64,000 nt of DNA, taken from assembly GCA_022616535.1 (NCBI GenBank), contig JAKEEM010000009.1, positions 11,353 through 75,352 of the forward strand, given 5' to 3'. This DNA is from Chlorobiota bacterium (lineage in GTDB: Bacteria > Bacteroidota > Ignavibacteria > Tepidaquicellales > OLB5). The translations under genes and the position numbers were made by a program. The notes under the pieces are model-generated. The model had not been told where the DNA came from, did not search any database, and saw only the letters and a list, made by a program, of their open reading frames with translations. This document shows positions 37,412 through 45,362 of this stretch, one piece after another (position 1 is the stretch's first letter; each line of letters starts with the position of its first letter).

Positions 37412-38293
37412 ATGAAAAATATATTAGTGCCAACCGATTTTTCGAAGAATTCATTTTACGGGCTGGAATTTTCCGCTAATTTAGCCCGAAGAAGCGGGGC
37501 AAAAATTCATCTTTTCAATGCTGCTCTCACCAGTACTTATTATTACACGAGTGACCCGCTTGTTATTTCCCCGCCCGCTGCCGTTATGGTTGAAAGCATT
37601 AATGAAAACCTGAAAAGAGCCTCAATGAAAAAGCTTGAGAAAATCCAAAAAAGCAGGCTTTTGAAAGGACTAAAAGTAAATTTAAACTGCGAGACTGCAT
37701 TTTCAGTTTACCGCGAAATTATTGAATACTCGAAGAGAATCAGATCGGATTTGATTGTAATGGGCACTAAGGGTGAAAGCAACCTTAAGGATATATTCTT
37801 AGGCAGCACGGCGGAAAGAGTAGTAAGATTTTCTGAAAAGCCGGTGCTTGTCATTCCGAACAAAATTAAAAACTTGAATCCCAAGCTGGTTGTATTTGCC
37901 TCCGATTTTACGGCTGAGGCTTTCGGAATATTTCCTTTTGTATGGGAATTTGCTAAAATATTCGGTTCAAAAGTTGACCTCCTTAAAATTAACACAACCG
38001 ACCAGTTCCGCAGAACAAGAGATGATTCAAAGAGAATGTCAAAGTTTAACAAAAAATTCGGTTCAAAATTCCGTGCGGTTATATATAACGATTATATGAA
38101 AGAGGAAGGTATATTGAATTATTCAGACCAGATTGAGGCGGATTTAATTGCAATCGGAACTCACGGCAAAAAAGGGCTTGCGAGATTTTTTTCCTCCGAT
38201 GTTTCCGAAGGTGTGGTCAGACTGTCACATAAGCCCATTTTGGTTGTAAATTTAAAAAAATTCAAGCGGAAAAGGGATATTTTAAAGGTCTAA
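37412..38293 (+). CDS. universal stress protein, tandem UspA domains
   Basis: 293 aa. Two Usp-like halves (MKNILVPTDFS...LIVMGTKG...GSTAERVV and VVFASDFT...LIAIGTHGKKG...VSEGVVR). Confidence 0.8.
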   Translation: MKNILVPTDFSKNSFYGLEFSANLARRSGAKIHLFNAALTSTYYYTSDPLVISPPAAVMVESINENLKRASMKKLEKIQKSRLLKGLKVNLNCETAFSVYREIIEYSKRIRSDLIVMGTKGESNLKDIFLGSTAERVVRFSEKPVLVIPNKIKNLNPKLVVFASDFTAEAFGIFPFVWEFAKIFGSKVDLLKINTTDQFRRTRDDSKRMSKFNKKFGSKFRAVIYNDYMKEEGILNYSDQIEADLIAIGTHGKKGLARFFSSDVSEGVVRLSHKPILVVNLKKFKRKRDILKV

Positions 38294-38317
38294 CCCGTTT
38301 AGTTTTCTTTAATTTAA

Positions 38318-38350
38318 AACCCTGGGAAAGTAATTTTTTCCGGGTTTTTT
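38318..38350 (+). terminator. intrinsic terminator after usp
   Basis: AACCC(T)GG-loop-CCGGGTT followed by TTTT. Confidence 0.6.
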
Positions 38351-38364
38351 ATGATATTAATCAT
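38351..38364. promoter_or_regulatory. FNR/CRP-type box ATGATATTAATCAT
   Basis: TGAT-N4-ATCA palindrome lying 45 nt upstream of a TATTTTTG motif (38410-38417) that precedes the hemerythrin-like gene. Confidence 0.35.
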
Positions 38365-38578
38365 AATTCCCGCTGAGGCATATCATAGGAAAGCCCTGCA
38401 TTTCAATGGTATTTTTGAGTAAATCAACGCACCTGAAATTTCCGATTTCAATCCGGTGGCAGGCGTCAAAATGCGGAAATGAAGATTTTATGAACACTCC
38501 TGAAAACATAAGACTAAATCCCGTATCAACTCTGAAAATAAGCTTGAATCCGCTTTTTAAATTTTAAAGACTGTGAAA

Positions 38579-39112
38579 ATGGTACTGATAAAAACAAATA
38601 CTAACCAAATTGAAGATCCTATACTTTTTTTAAATGAAGAATATGATAAAATTAACGAAAGAGTAAACCTTATCGATGCTATATACTGGGAAATTGAAAA
38701 AGAAGGAATAAGCGAAACTGTAAACGCAAGAGTTTCGGAACTGATTGTTAATATATTTGTATTTTTAAAAAAGCTGTACCGGATTGAGGAAGAAATTCTT
38801 TACCCTGAGCTTGAGGCGGTCTTGCCCGCACAATCATCTGCAACTGCAATGAAAAGTGAACACAGGCATATCATTTCGATATTAAGAACCATAATAAAAA
38901 CCCTTGAAAACAAGGAAGAACTCAAAGACAACAAAGATATTCTGCAGGCTGAGCTGATTACCATTGCTGATTTGATACGAAGAAACATACATAAAAAGGA
39001 AAAAATCATTTTTCATGAAGCAAGGACTCTGCTGCCCGAAAAAGCACTGGACGAATTACATGAAAAAATGAAAAAAGAATTATCATTCTATTTAAAAAGA
39101 GGGGAAACATAA
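38579..39112 (+). CDS. hemerythrin-like (HHE cation-binding) domain protein
   Basis: About 177 aa of helical protein with H/E motifs (IEEEILYPEL, SEHRHI, IHKKEKIIFHE). The track starts at GTG 38573; ATG 38579 is equally possible. Confidence 0.55.
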   Translation: MVLIKTNTNQIEDPILFLNEEYDKINERVNLIDAIYWEIEKEGISETVNARVSELIVNIFVFLKKLYRIEEEILYPELEAVLPAQSSATAMKSEHRHIISILRTIIKTLENKEELKDNKDILQAELITIADLIRRNIHKKEKIIFHEARTLLPEKALDELHEKMKKELSFYLKRGET

Positions 39113-39114
39113 CT

Positions 39115-39933
39115 ATGAAAGCCCCGATTATTGTAGATACAGTGCCTTCAAGCTTTACCGATGAACTGAAGAAGCCGTACCGTAAGTTCTTAAGCAAAGG
39201 CTTGGTCTACGCAATACTGCTTCATATTTTTGTAATTGCTGCTTACGGCGGAGCTAATTATTACAGCAATTACCTGAAAGAGCAGGAATCTAAAAATATG
39301 CAGCAAAGGATAATTAATGTAACCCTGACCGATTTGGAACCGCCGCCCTCGATGACTGAAGAAGAAGAACCCCCTGTAAAAGTGGAGGAGCTTACTACTC
39401 CTACAAAGGACCTCGAGGCAATGACCCCGGAACCGGTTGCAAGAGAAAAGGCGGACGTTCAAACAATAAAAACACAGCATGAGCTTGAGGAAATTAAGAC
39501 TCCTGTTTCAACGATCGGTGATACAGGTAAATTCACATTTTCCGGCCCGATTAAGATTGAAGAAAAAAAGATTGAGGAAAAAGTGACCAAGCATGAGAAT
39601 ATAGAGCAGGAAAAAACTGTTTACCAGCAGTTTGAAGTTGAAAAACCGCCGGAGGCGGTAAATTTAGAGCAGATTAAGGCTTCGATTGTTTACCCATCGC
39701 TTGCACAGGAAACCGGAATCGAAGGCAGGGTAACTGTAAAGGTTCTCGTCGGTCCGGATGGAGAAGTGATAAAGGTCGGCCCTATTACAGGACCCGAGGT
39801 TTTTTATGACGAAGTTCGAAGCAAGGTAACTATGCTTCAGTTCACGCCGGGACTGCAAAACGGCAAGCCGGTCAAAGTTTGGGTTTCAGTGCCCTTTAAT
39901 TCCGGCTTAAGAATTAGCCAAAAGCTCTTATAA
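39115..39933 (+). CDS. energy transducer TonB-like protein
   Basis: 272 aa with an N-terminal TM segment, a Pro/Glu-rich linker (EPPPSMTEEEEPPVKVEE) and a TonB C-terminal domain (YPSLAQETGIEGRVTVKVLVGPDGEV...GKPVKVWVSVPF). Confidence 0.8.
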   Translation: MKAPIIVDTVPSSFTDELKKPYRKFLSKGLVYAILLHIFVIAAYGGANYYSNYLKEQESKNMQQRIINVTLTDLEPPPSMTEEEEPPVKVEELTTPTKDLEAMTPEPVAREKADVQTIKTQHELEEIKTPVSTIGDTGKFTFSGPIKIEEKKIEEKVTKHENIEQEKTVYQQFEVEKPPEAVNLEQIKASIVYPSLAQETGIEGRVTVKVLVGPDGEVIKVGPITGPEVFYDEVRSKVTMLQFTPGLQNGKPVKVWVSVPFNSGLRISQKLL

Positions 39934-39939
39934 ATTAAA

Positions 39940-39971
39940 GCCGGACTTTTCAATAAAGTTCGGCTTTTTTA
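39940..39971 (+). terminator. intrinsic terminator after tonB
   Basis: GCCGGACTT-loop-AAGTTCGGC followed by TTTTTT. Confidence 0.7.
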
Positions 39972-40038
39972 ATAACGCCTGCATATAAAAACTTGTCGGG
40001 GCGAGTCGCCGACTCGTACCGACAATGGTGTTGGAAAT

Positions 40039-40126
40039 AAAAAAAGGCGGGTTTTTACCCGCCTGTGCTTGAATGGCTCAATGCCACCTTCATCCATCCT
40101 TACCGAGGAGCTGGCCTCAATAAGTA
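40039..40126 (-). ncRNA. candidate ~90-nt small RNA (orphan promoter-to-terminator unit)
   Basis: The minus-strand hairpin GGCGGGTAAAAACCCGCC plus U7 (40063-40039) has no upstream minus-strand CDS. A minus-strand TATCTTTG -7 motif (40139-40132) and an FNR-type box lie just upstream. No convincing ORF. Confidence 0.3.
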
Positions 40127-40131
40127 TGCTA

Positions 40132-40175
40132 CAAAGATACTACAGCAATTAGCTCCCTGAAATGATTTTTATCAA
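40132..40175 (-). promoter_or_regulatory. FNR/CRP-type box (TTGATAAAAATCAT on the minus strand) plus -7 motif (TATCTTTG)
   Basis: Box at 40162-40175, a 22-nt gap, and the -7 motif at 40139-40132. A second, weaker box ATGATTTTTATCC lies at 40184-40196. Confidence 0.45.
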
Positions 40176-40240
40176 AATAAAATATGATTTTTATCCAGAT
40201 ACGTTATTAATTTTTAGAAAGATTAAAATCAGCCGGTGAA

Positions 40241-40283
40241 TTGACAATTGTCATTGCCAGGCTCGAATTATAAGCTATTTTTG
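40241..40283 (+). promoter_or_regulatory. FNR/CRP-type box (TTGACAATTGTCAT) plus -7 motif (TATTTTTG) for the ferredoxin gene
   Basis: Box at 40241-40254, a 21-nt gap, the -7 motif at 40276-40283, and the ATG at 40378 (about 90-nt leader with an 8-bp hairpin next to the SD). Confidence 0.5.
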
Positions 40284-40377
40284 TATTGGATAATTCCACA
40301 TAGTTCCGATTTTAGCTTAGGACCTAGACTGATTCTATTAGAAGTTATTCTAAAGTAATAGAACAGGAGGTTAAATA

Positions 40378-40725
40378 ATGGCACTTAAAATTTCGAATGA
40401 TTGCATGAATTGCGGCGTCTGCGAAATCGAGTGCCCTTACAACGCAATCTATCCCGCAGGGTTGAACTGGAGAAAAATTAAGCGTAAATACCTCAGCGTG
40501 TGCGAAGACAGGTCTGTTACCGATGATTTTTATTCAGGCGTTCACTATTATATAGTTCCCGATATGTGCACTGAGTGCAAAGGTATTTCTGAAACGCCAA
40601 AATGTGTTATGGTTTGCCCGCTTTCCGGAATTGAGAAGGATACAAAGCTTTGGGAAAGCGAAGAACACCTTTATTCTAAGAAGCAGTATCTCGATACACT
40701 TCATCCGTGGAGATATTGGAGCTGA
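40378..40725 (+). CDS. 4Fe-4S dicluster ferredoxin-like protein
   Basis: 115 aa. Has CMNCGVCEIECP and CTECKG...CVMVCP cluster motifs, with a GGAGG RBS upstream. Confidence 0.8.
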   Translation: MALKISNDCMNCGVCEIECPYNAIYPAGLNWRKIKRKYLSVCEDRSVTDDFYSGVHYYIVPDMCTECKGISETPKCVMVCPLSGIEKDTKLWESEEHLYSKKQYLDTLHPWRYWS

Positions 40726-40749
40726 TTTTTTACTTGGTTAAAATATCAA

Positions 40750-40956
40750 ATGAAAACCAGGGTGAGAAAAATAAGTCCTGTAAAAGCTAACCTTAATAAA
40801 GTCCATAGAGCCAGAGTTCCTGAAGAGCTGTTTGATGAGTATGAGCTTGATATAAAAATTAAGCAGGCAAAATCAACTAGAAGAGATGAAAGAACCGATA
40901 TTATTTTTTCCAGTATACCGGCTCAGGCACACGAGGTTTTTGAGCGAATGGTCTGA
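40750..40956 (+). CDS. hypothetical small basic protein
   Basis: 68-aa ORF directly after the ferredoxin gene. No family recognised. Confidence 0.35.
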   Translation: MKTRVRKISPVKANLNKVHRARVPEELFDEYELDIKIKQAKSTRRDERTDIIFSSIPAQAHEVFERMV

Positions 40957-40968
40957 ATTAGGAGCTGC

Positions 40969-41667
40969 CTAATGGCACTGGATATTTTCCTGTTTTATGG
41001 TGCCCGATTCGAGTTTTGGGCTGAGGTATGGGATTCCGAGATTCAAGCCCCTTAAGATAAATATAAGTGCAAGCAAAATCGAAAATGAAGGGATAAGCTT
41101 TGAAAGCCTGCGCCTTATATTCAGATTTACCAAATTTGCCGCAATTGATGTCCCAAGCATTATAGGCATTGTTCCAAGTCCAAATGCTGCCATAAACAGC
41201 ATGCTGTTGAGGGCATCTCCTATTGCTATTGCGCCAGTGATTCCAATATAAACAAGTCCGCATGGAAGCAGACCGTTTAAAATGCCTATTGCAAGCATGG
41301 AAAAGTTAGAGTGATTATTAAACATCCTGCCCAAGTATGATTTTAATATTCCAATCAATCTGTATGCGCCAAGCTTATTAATAAGCTTTATACGGTATAT
41401 TGGCGGGGTGATCACGGCTAAAATTATTAATATTCCAAGCGAAATTGAAATAAGCTGCTGCAATCCGAACATTTGAAGCCGAGAGCCGAGCAGTCCAAAA
41501 AACAATCCCAGCATTGAGTATGTTATAACTCTGCCTGTATTGTATAATGACCTGGAGATAATGACCGGTTTATTTGTTTTGGGCAGAGCAATTGCAATCG
41601 GGCCGCACATTGCAATGCAGTGAAAACTTCCTAAAAATCCGATTAAAAAACCCGTGAGTAATTCCAT
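40969..41667 (-). CDS. TauE/SafE-like membrane protein (HCxxMCGP type) of the cco accessory cluster
   Basis: 232 aa polytopic protein with an N-terminal GSFHCIAMCGP motif. Its start overlaps the fixH stop. Confidence 0.65.
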   Translation of the reverse strand: MELLTGFLIGFLGSFHCIAMCGPIAIALPKTNKPVIISRSLYNTGRVITYSMLGLFFGLLGSRLQMFGLQQLISISLGILIILAVITPPIYRIKLINKLGAYRLIGILKSYLGRMFNNHSNFSMLAIGILNGLLPCGLVYIGITGAIAIGDALNSMLFMAAFGLGTMPIMLGTSIAANLVNLNIRRRLSKLIPSFSILLALIFILRGLNLGIPYLSPKLESGTIKQENIQCH

Positions 41668-42104
41668 CAGTTAACTATAATTCTTTCCTCGTTATAATAG
41701 TCAATTCCGTTTGCATTCCAGCTTATTTGAATTTTCCACAAACCTTTTTGCATGCTTTCGGTTGTTAATGACTGAGTTAAATTACTGGTTAATTCAACTG
41801 GCACAGAAAAATCTTTCTTTGAATCCGAAGGCCTGTAAAAGGAAATCTCACCTTTTATTTGACCTTTGACTTTCGGAAATGAAATCAAAATCCCGGCTTC
41901 ACCTGCATCTATTTTGACCTGTTCCTTAAGGCGGTTTGTGTTATTAATTTTATCAATCTGTTTTTGGTATTTTATTTCCTTATCATAATAATTTTGCGTA
42001 ACAAGCTCAATGTCTTTTGTCATTGAAATCGATACCATAATAAACACTCCCGACATAAAAAGAAGGTATGCAAGTATTATTCCTTTGCCCCACGAAAATT
42101 TCAT
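41667..42104 (-). CDS. FixH family protein
   Basis: 145 aa with a single N-terminal TM segment and a beta-rich domain. Sits immediately downstream of ccoG, as in fixGH. Confidence 0.65.
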   Translation of the reverse strand: MKFSWGKGIILAYLLFMSGVFIMVSISMTKDIELVTQNYYDKEIKYQKQIDKINNTNRLKEQVKIDAGEAGILISFPKVKGQIKGEISFYRPSDSKKDFSVPVELTSNLTQSLTTESMQKGLWKIQISWNANGIDYYNEERIIVN

Positions 42105-42122
42105 AATTTTATTCTCACAATC

Positions 42123-43538
42123 TTAATTTTGATTAGCCGGCCCTAAAAAATTTGATTTAAATGTTTGAAACTTCTCGCCGTTTGTGTAAATCCCAATTTC
42201 AATCGGTGTATTAACATTATTTACTTTCTGTTTTGGCAGCATCACAAGAAATTTCGTTTCCGAAACAGCATTTGGCTCAAGATTTATATCGCTTCCTATG
42301 ATTTTAATCTCCCCCTGGAGGTTTTCAAGCCTAAGCTGTAAAGGGACTTCATCGAATGTTTTATTTGTAAGCTTAAGCGAGTACAAATTGCTCAAAATTC
42401 CGCCCGGCTGCTCCTGGTAAAGCATACCGGGAGTTCTTAATATCATAAAGTCTATTGGATTTCTGTTGTAAAGAAGTATGCCAAGAACAGCAATTAAAAC
42501 TGTTAATATTACTAAGTATCCGGTAATTCTCGGCGTAAGCTTAAATTTCGTTTTATCCTTAACGTTGTTAAATGATGCATATTTAATCAGTCCACTTGGC
42601 TTGTTAATTTTATCCATTATATTGTCGCATGCATCTATGCAGGCGGTGCAGTTAACGCACTCAAGCTGCGTGCCGTTTCTTATATCAATGCCTGTTGGAC
42701 ATACTGCAATGCACTCCTTGCAATCGATGCAATCGCCCAGTGTTCTTACTTCAGCTTTTTTAATCTTTCCCCGCGGCTCGCCTCTTATGTTATCGTAAGC
42801 AATTACAATTGAGTTTTGGTCAAGCAGAACGCTTTGCAGCCTCCCGTAGGGACAGACGTAAACGCAGGCATACTCCCTGAACCATGCAAAGATGAAGTAA
42901 AAACCGGCTGAAAACAAAAGCATTGCGATAAATCCGCCCGGGTGCATTGAAACAGGTTCAGAAATTATTTTATACAGCTCATCGGTTCCGATTATCCATG
43001 CAAGAAGTGTGTTTGCAATAAATACTGATAAAGCAAAGAAAACAGACCATTTAACCAGTTTTTTAGAGATTTTCTTCGCCGTCCATTTGGAGTCGTTAAG
43101 CAGTTTTTGCCTTAAGTAATCGCCTTCAATCCAGAATTCAATTTTCCTGAATACCATTTCAAGGAATACCGTCTGCGGACATACCCAGCCGCAAAATACC
43201 CGTCCGAATACTACTGTGAATAATATTATAAACACTACAAAGCTTATTGTTGCAAGGACAAATAAATAAAAATCATGCGGCCCGAAAGCCAGTCCGAAGA
43301 GTATGAATTTCCTTTCAACAATGTTAAACATCATAAAGGGATGACCGCTTAATTTTATAAACGGGGTGATAAATAATATTGCCAAGAGAAAAACACTGAA
43401 GACGACCCTTGCCTTATGGAGTCTTCCTTTCGGCTTCTTAGGGTATACGAATTTTCGCTTCCCCTCGTCGGTTACTATTCCAAGCGTATCCCTGAAGGTG
43501 TCCTGCGTATTTTCGATTATATCCCTTGTGAGATGCAT
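42123..43538 (-). CDS. ccoG: cytochrome c oxidase accessory protein CcoG/FixG
   Basis: 471 aa. Has RVFCGWVCPQT, two ferredoxin-type motifs (CIDCKECIAVCP, CVNCTACIDACD), TM helices and a C-terminal Ig-like domain. Confidence 0.88.
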   Translation of the reverse strand: MHLTRDIIENTQDTFRDTLGIVTDEGKRKFVYPKKPKGRLHKARVVFSVFLLAILFITPFIKLSGHPFMMFNIVERKFILFGLAFGPHDFYLFVLATISFVVFIILFTVVFGRVFCGWVCPQTVFLEMVFRKIEFWIEGDYLRQKLLNDSKWTAKKISKKLVKWSVFFALSVFIANTLLAWIIGTDELYKIISEPVSMHPGGFIAMLLFSAGFYFIFAWFREYACVYVCPYGRLQSVLLDQNSIVIAYDNIRGEPRGKIKKAEVRTLGDCIDCKECIAVCPTGIDIRNGTQLECVNCTACIDACDNIMDKINKPSGLIKYASFNNVKDKTKFKLTPRITGYLVILTVLIAVLGILLYNRNPIDFMILRTPGMLYQEQPGGILSNLYSLKLTNKTFDEVPLQLRLENLQGEIKIIGSDINLEPNAVSETKFLVMLPKQKVNNVNTPIEIGIYTNGEKFQTFKSNFLGPANQN

Positions 43539-43539
43539 T

Positions 43540-45266
43540 TTATTCAGCTTTCTTTCTTCTGTTATATACTGTTACTACAAGCTGGAATGTTACTAAAAAC
43601 AGCAGAGTTATCAAAAATCCTAGACCGATTTTTGAAGGTCCTGCAGTCGAACGCCCGCCCATATCCTTAACGCTTACGGTGCCCTTCATATAAGGATGCG
43701 GTGTGCACATATACTTGTAATCGCCTTCCTTGTTGAATGTGAACGTAAAGCTTTCAGTATGCGCAAGCAGCGGTGAAGAAAACGGCTCTGCAATGCCTTC
43801 ATACGAAGTTACGTTATGGATTCCTGCAAACTCTCCCTCCATATATGAGAATACATCTTCATTAACCCATTTGACTTTGGTTCCCTCGGCAATAACGATT
43901 GATTTCGGGTAAAAAGAATTACCAATAATTTTTACAGTTACCTCTCCTGTTTCAGGACCATAATAGGCAACGGGGTCTACATCTGGACTCCCCGGTTCGA
44001 AAGGTGAAATTACTCTTGTAACTTTGGATTTAAGGGTGTTCAATTCTTCCTGCGAGTATTTTGGCCCGTCTCCGATTACCGTTACCGGCGTCTGTGCGCT
44101 GTCGTCGCAGACAAGAAGCCCGATAGCGCCTCTGTCGGTGGGTCCTACAGCGTGATTAAGCATTAGATAAGCGCCTTCATCGGGCGGAACTCTGAATTCA
44201 ACGACCCATGAGTCCGTAGGACCCGCAAGAACACTCTGCCCGCCCGGGTAAACCATATCGGGATTACCCTGCCAGTATGCAAAATCCCAGATTATTCCCA
44301 CAATGTGAAAGGTTGCGGTTTGATTTGGACCTACGTTAAGATAATAAATCCTTACATAATCGCCGGGTTTTGCTTTAATGGGGTTTTCCACGTATCTGAA
44401 CAGCTTGCCGTTGAAAGCCGTATAGAGCGGCTTGCTTTCTATTGCATCTTTTCCGTTTGAGTAAAACTCATGCTGGTTTAAAAATATTTCAACATCCGGA
44501 GGCTTGTTTAATATGGTTTCAAGCTTATACTTCTTCTTTGGTTTTACCACAATCATTCCGTACTGACCGTAAATAACATGCATCGGTATTGCGTGTCCGC
44601 CCGGTGCGCAATGATACATATAAACTCCGGGGTAGGAGACTTTAAACAGCAAGGATTTTGATTTACCCGCTTCGATTTTTCCGAGATACTTTGACGTTTG
44701 GGTATAAGCGGCGTGAATCGACGCACCGTGCGTAACAGTTCCTTTGTTTACAATGGTAAATTCGACTATATCTCCTTCATCAAGCACAATTGTTGGTCCG
44801 GGTATTGTGCCGTTCATTACAAAACCCTTATACAATACTCCGTTGCCAATGTATACTTCGCCCTCGGAAAGCTCAACAGATACTTTTTTATCAGGCGTAA
44901 CATTTTGGGGGACGTAGCTTGTCGGCGGTATTGATAAGCTGTTATCACGGCTGATTATCTGGATAAAATCATTAGGACCTTCCTGCTGCGGAAAACCAGC
45001 TGCTTCGTTTTTAATGCCTGATGTATAGGCCGTTATCGGTAATTGCGATGGATAGCTAATACCGCTTTTGTTGTTTGTAAGGTTTGCAATCGATTTCAGC
45101 AGTTCTTCGCTTACAAGTGAATTACTTCTAGTTGTGAAAAGTTCTTCATAGAATTTAGCATTACAGTAAGGGCATGATAATAGCTCCCCTAACTAAGGAA
45201 GAAAATTAATAAGCCGGTCACAAATAGTGACGGCTTTTTGCAAAAAAGGTTTTTTAATGTTTTCAT
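43540..45266 (-). pseudogene. NirK-like copper protein fused to an amicyanin-like cupredoxin and a C-terminal TM anchor; the N-terminal signal segment is out of frame
   Basis: NirK-like T1/T2 Cu motifs (THGASIH; YMYHCAPGGHAIPMH). C-terminal YMCTPHPYMKG cupredoxin, then a hydrophobic tail. The frame is open from 45192 with no ATG/GTG before TTG 44835. MKTLKNLFCKKPSLFVTGLLIFFLS (45266-45192) lies in the adjacent frame and ends at TAG 45191-45189. Confidence 0.6.
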
Positions 45267-45313
45267 GGCTTTGAGCTTTAAAAGTTAAATGAATGAATGT
45301 TTGAAATTATTTT

Positions 45314-45327
45314 TTGATTGTAATCAA
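45314..45327 (-). promoter_or_regulatory. consensus FNR box TTGATTGTAATCAA
   Basis: Perfect TTGAT-N4-ATCAA, centred about 54 nt upstream of the ATG at 45266. Confidence 0.55.
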
Positions 45328-45362
45328 ATTAACTTATTTAATTGGTTTTAGCGGAATCTGTT

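Noticed and set aside
40039-40180. Whether the minus-strand RNA candidate is SRP (4.5S) RNA, and whether 3216-4286 hides RNase P RNA or tmRNA
   Set aside because: I could not find the conserved SRP domain IV motif (GGAAGCAGCC-like with its symmetric loop), the RNase P GAGGAAAGUCC box, or tmRNA tRNA-like ends or a tag ORF.
40958-41263. 101-aa minus-strand ORF overlapping the TauE-like gene
   Set aside because: It is an alternative frame of the same strand within a well-supported membrane-protein CDS.
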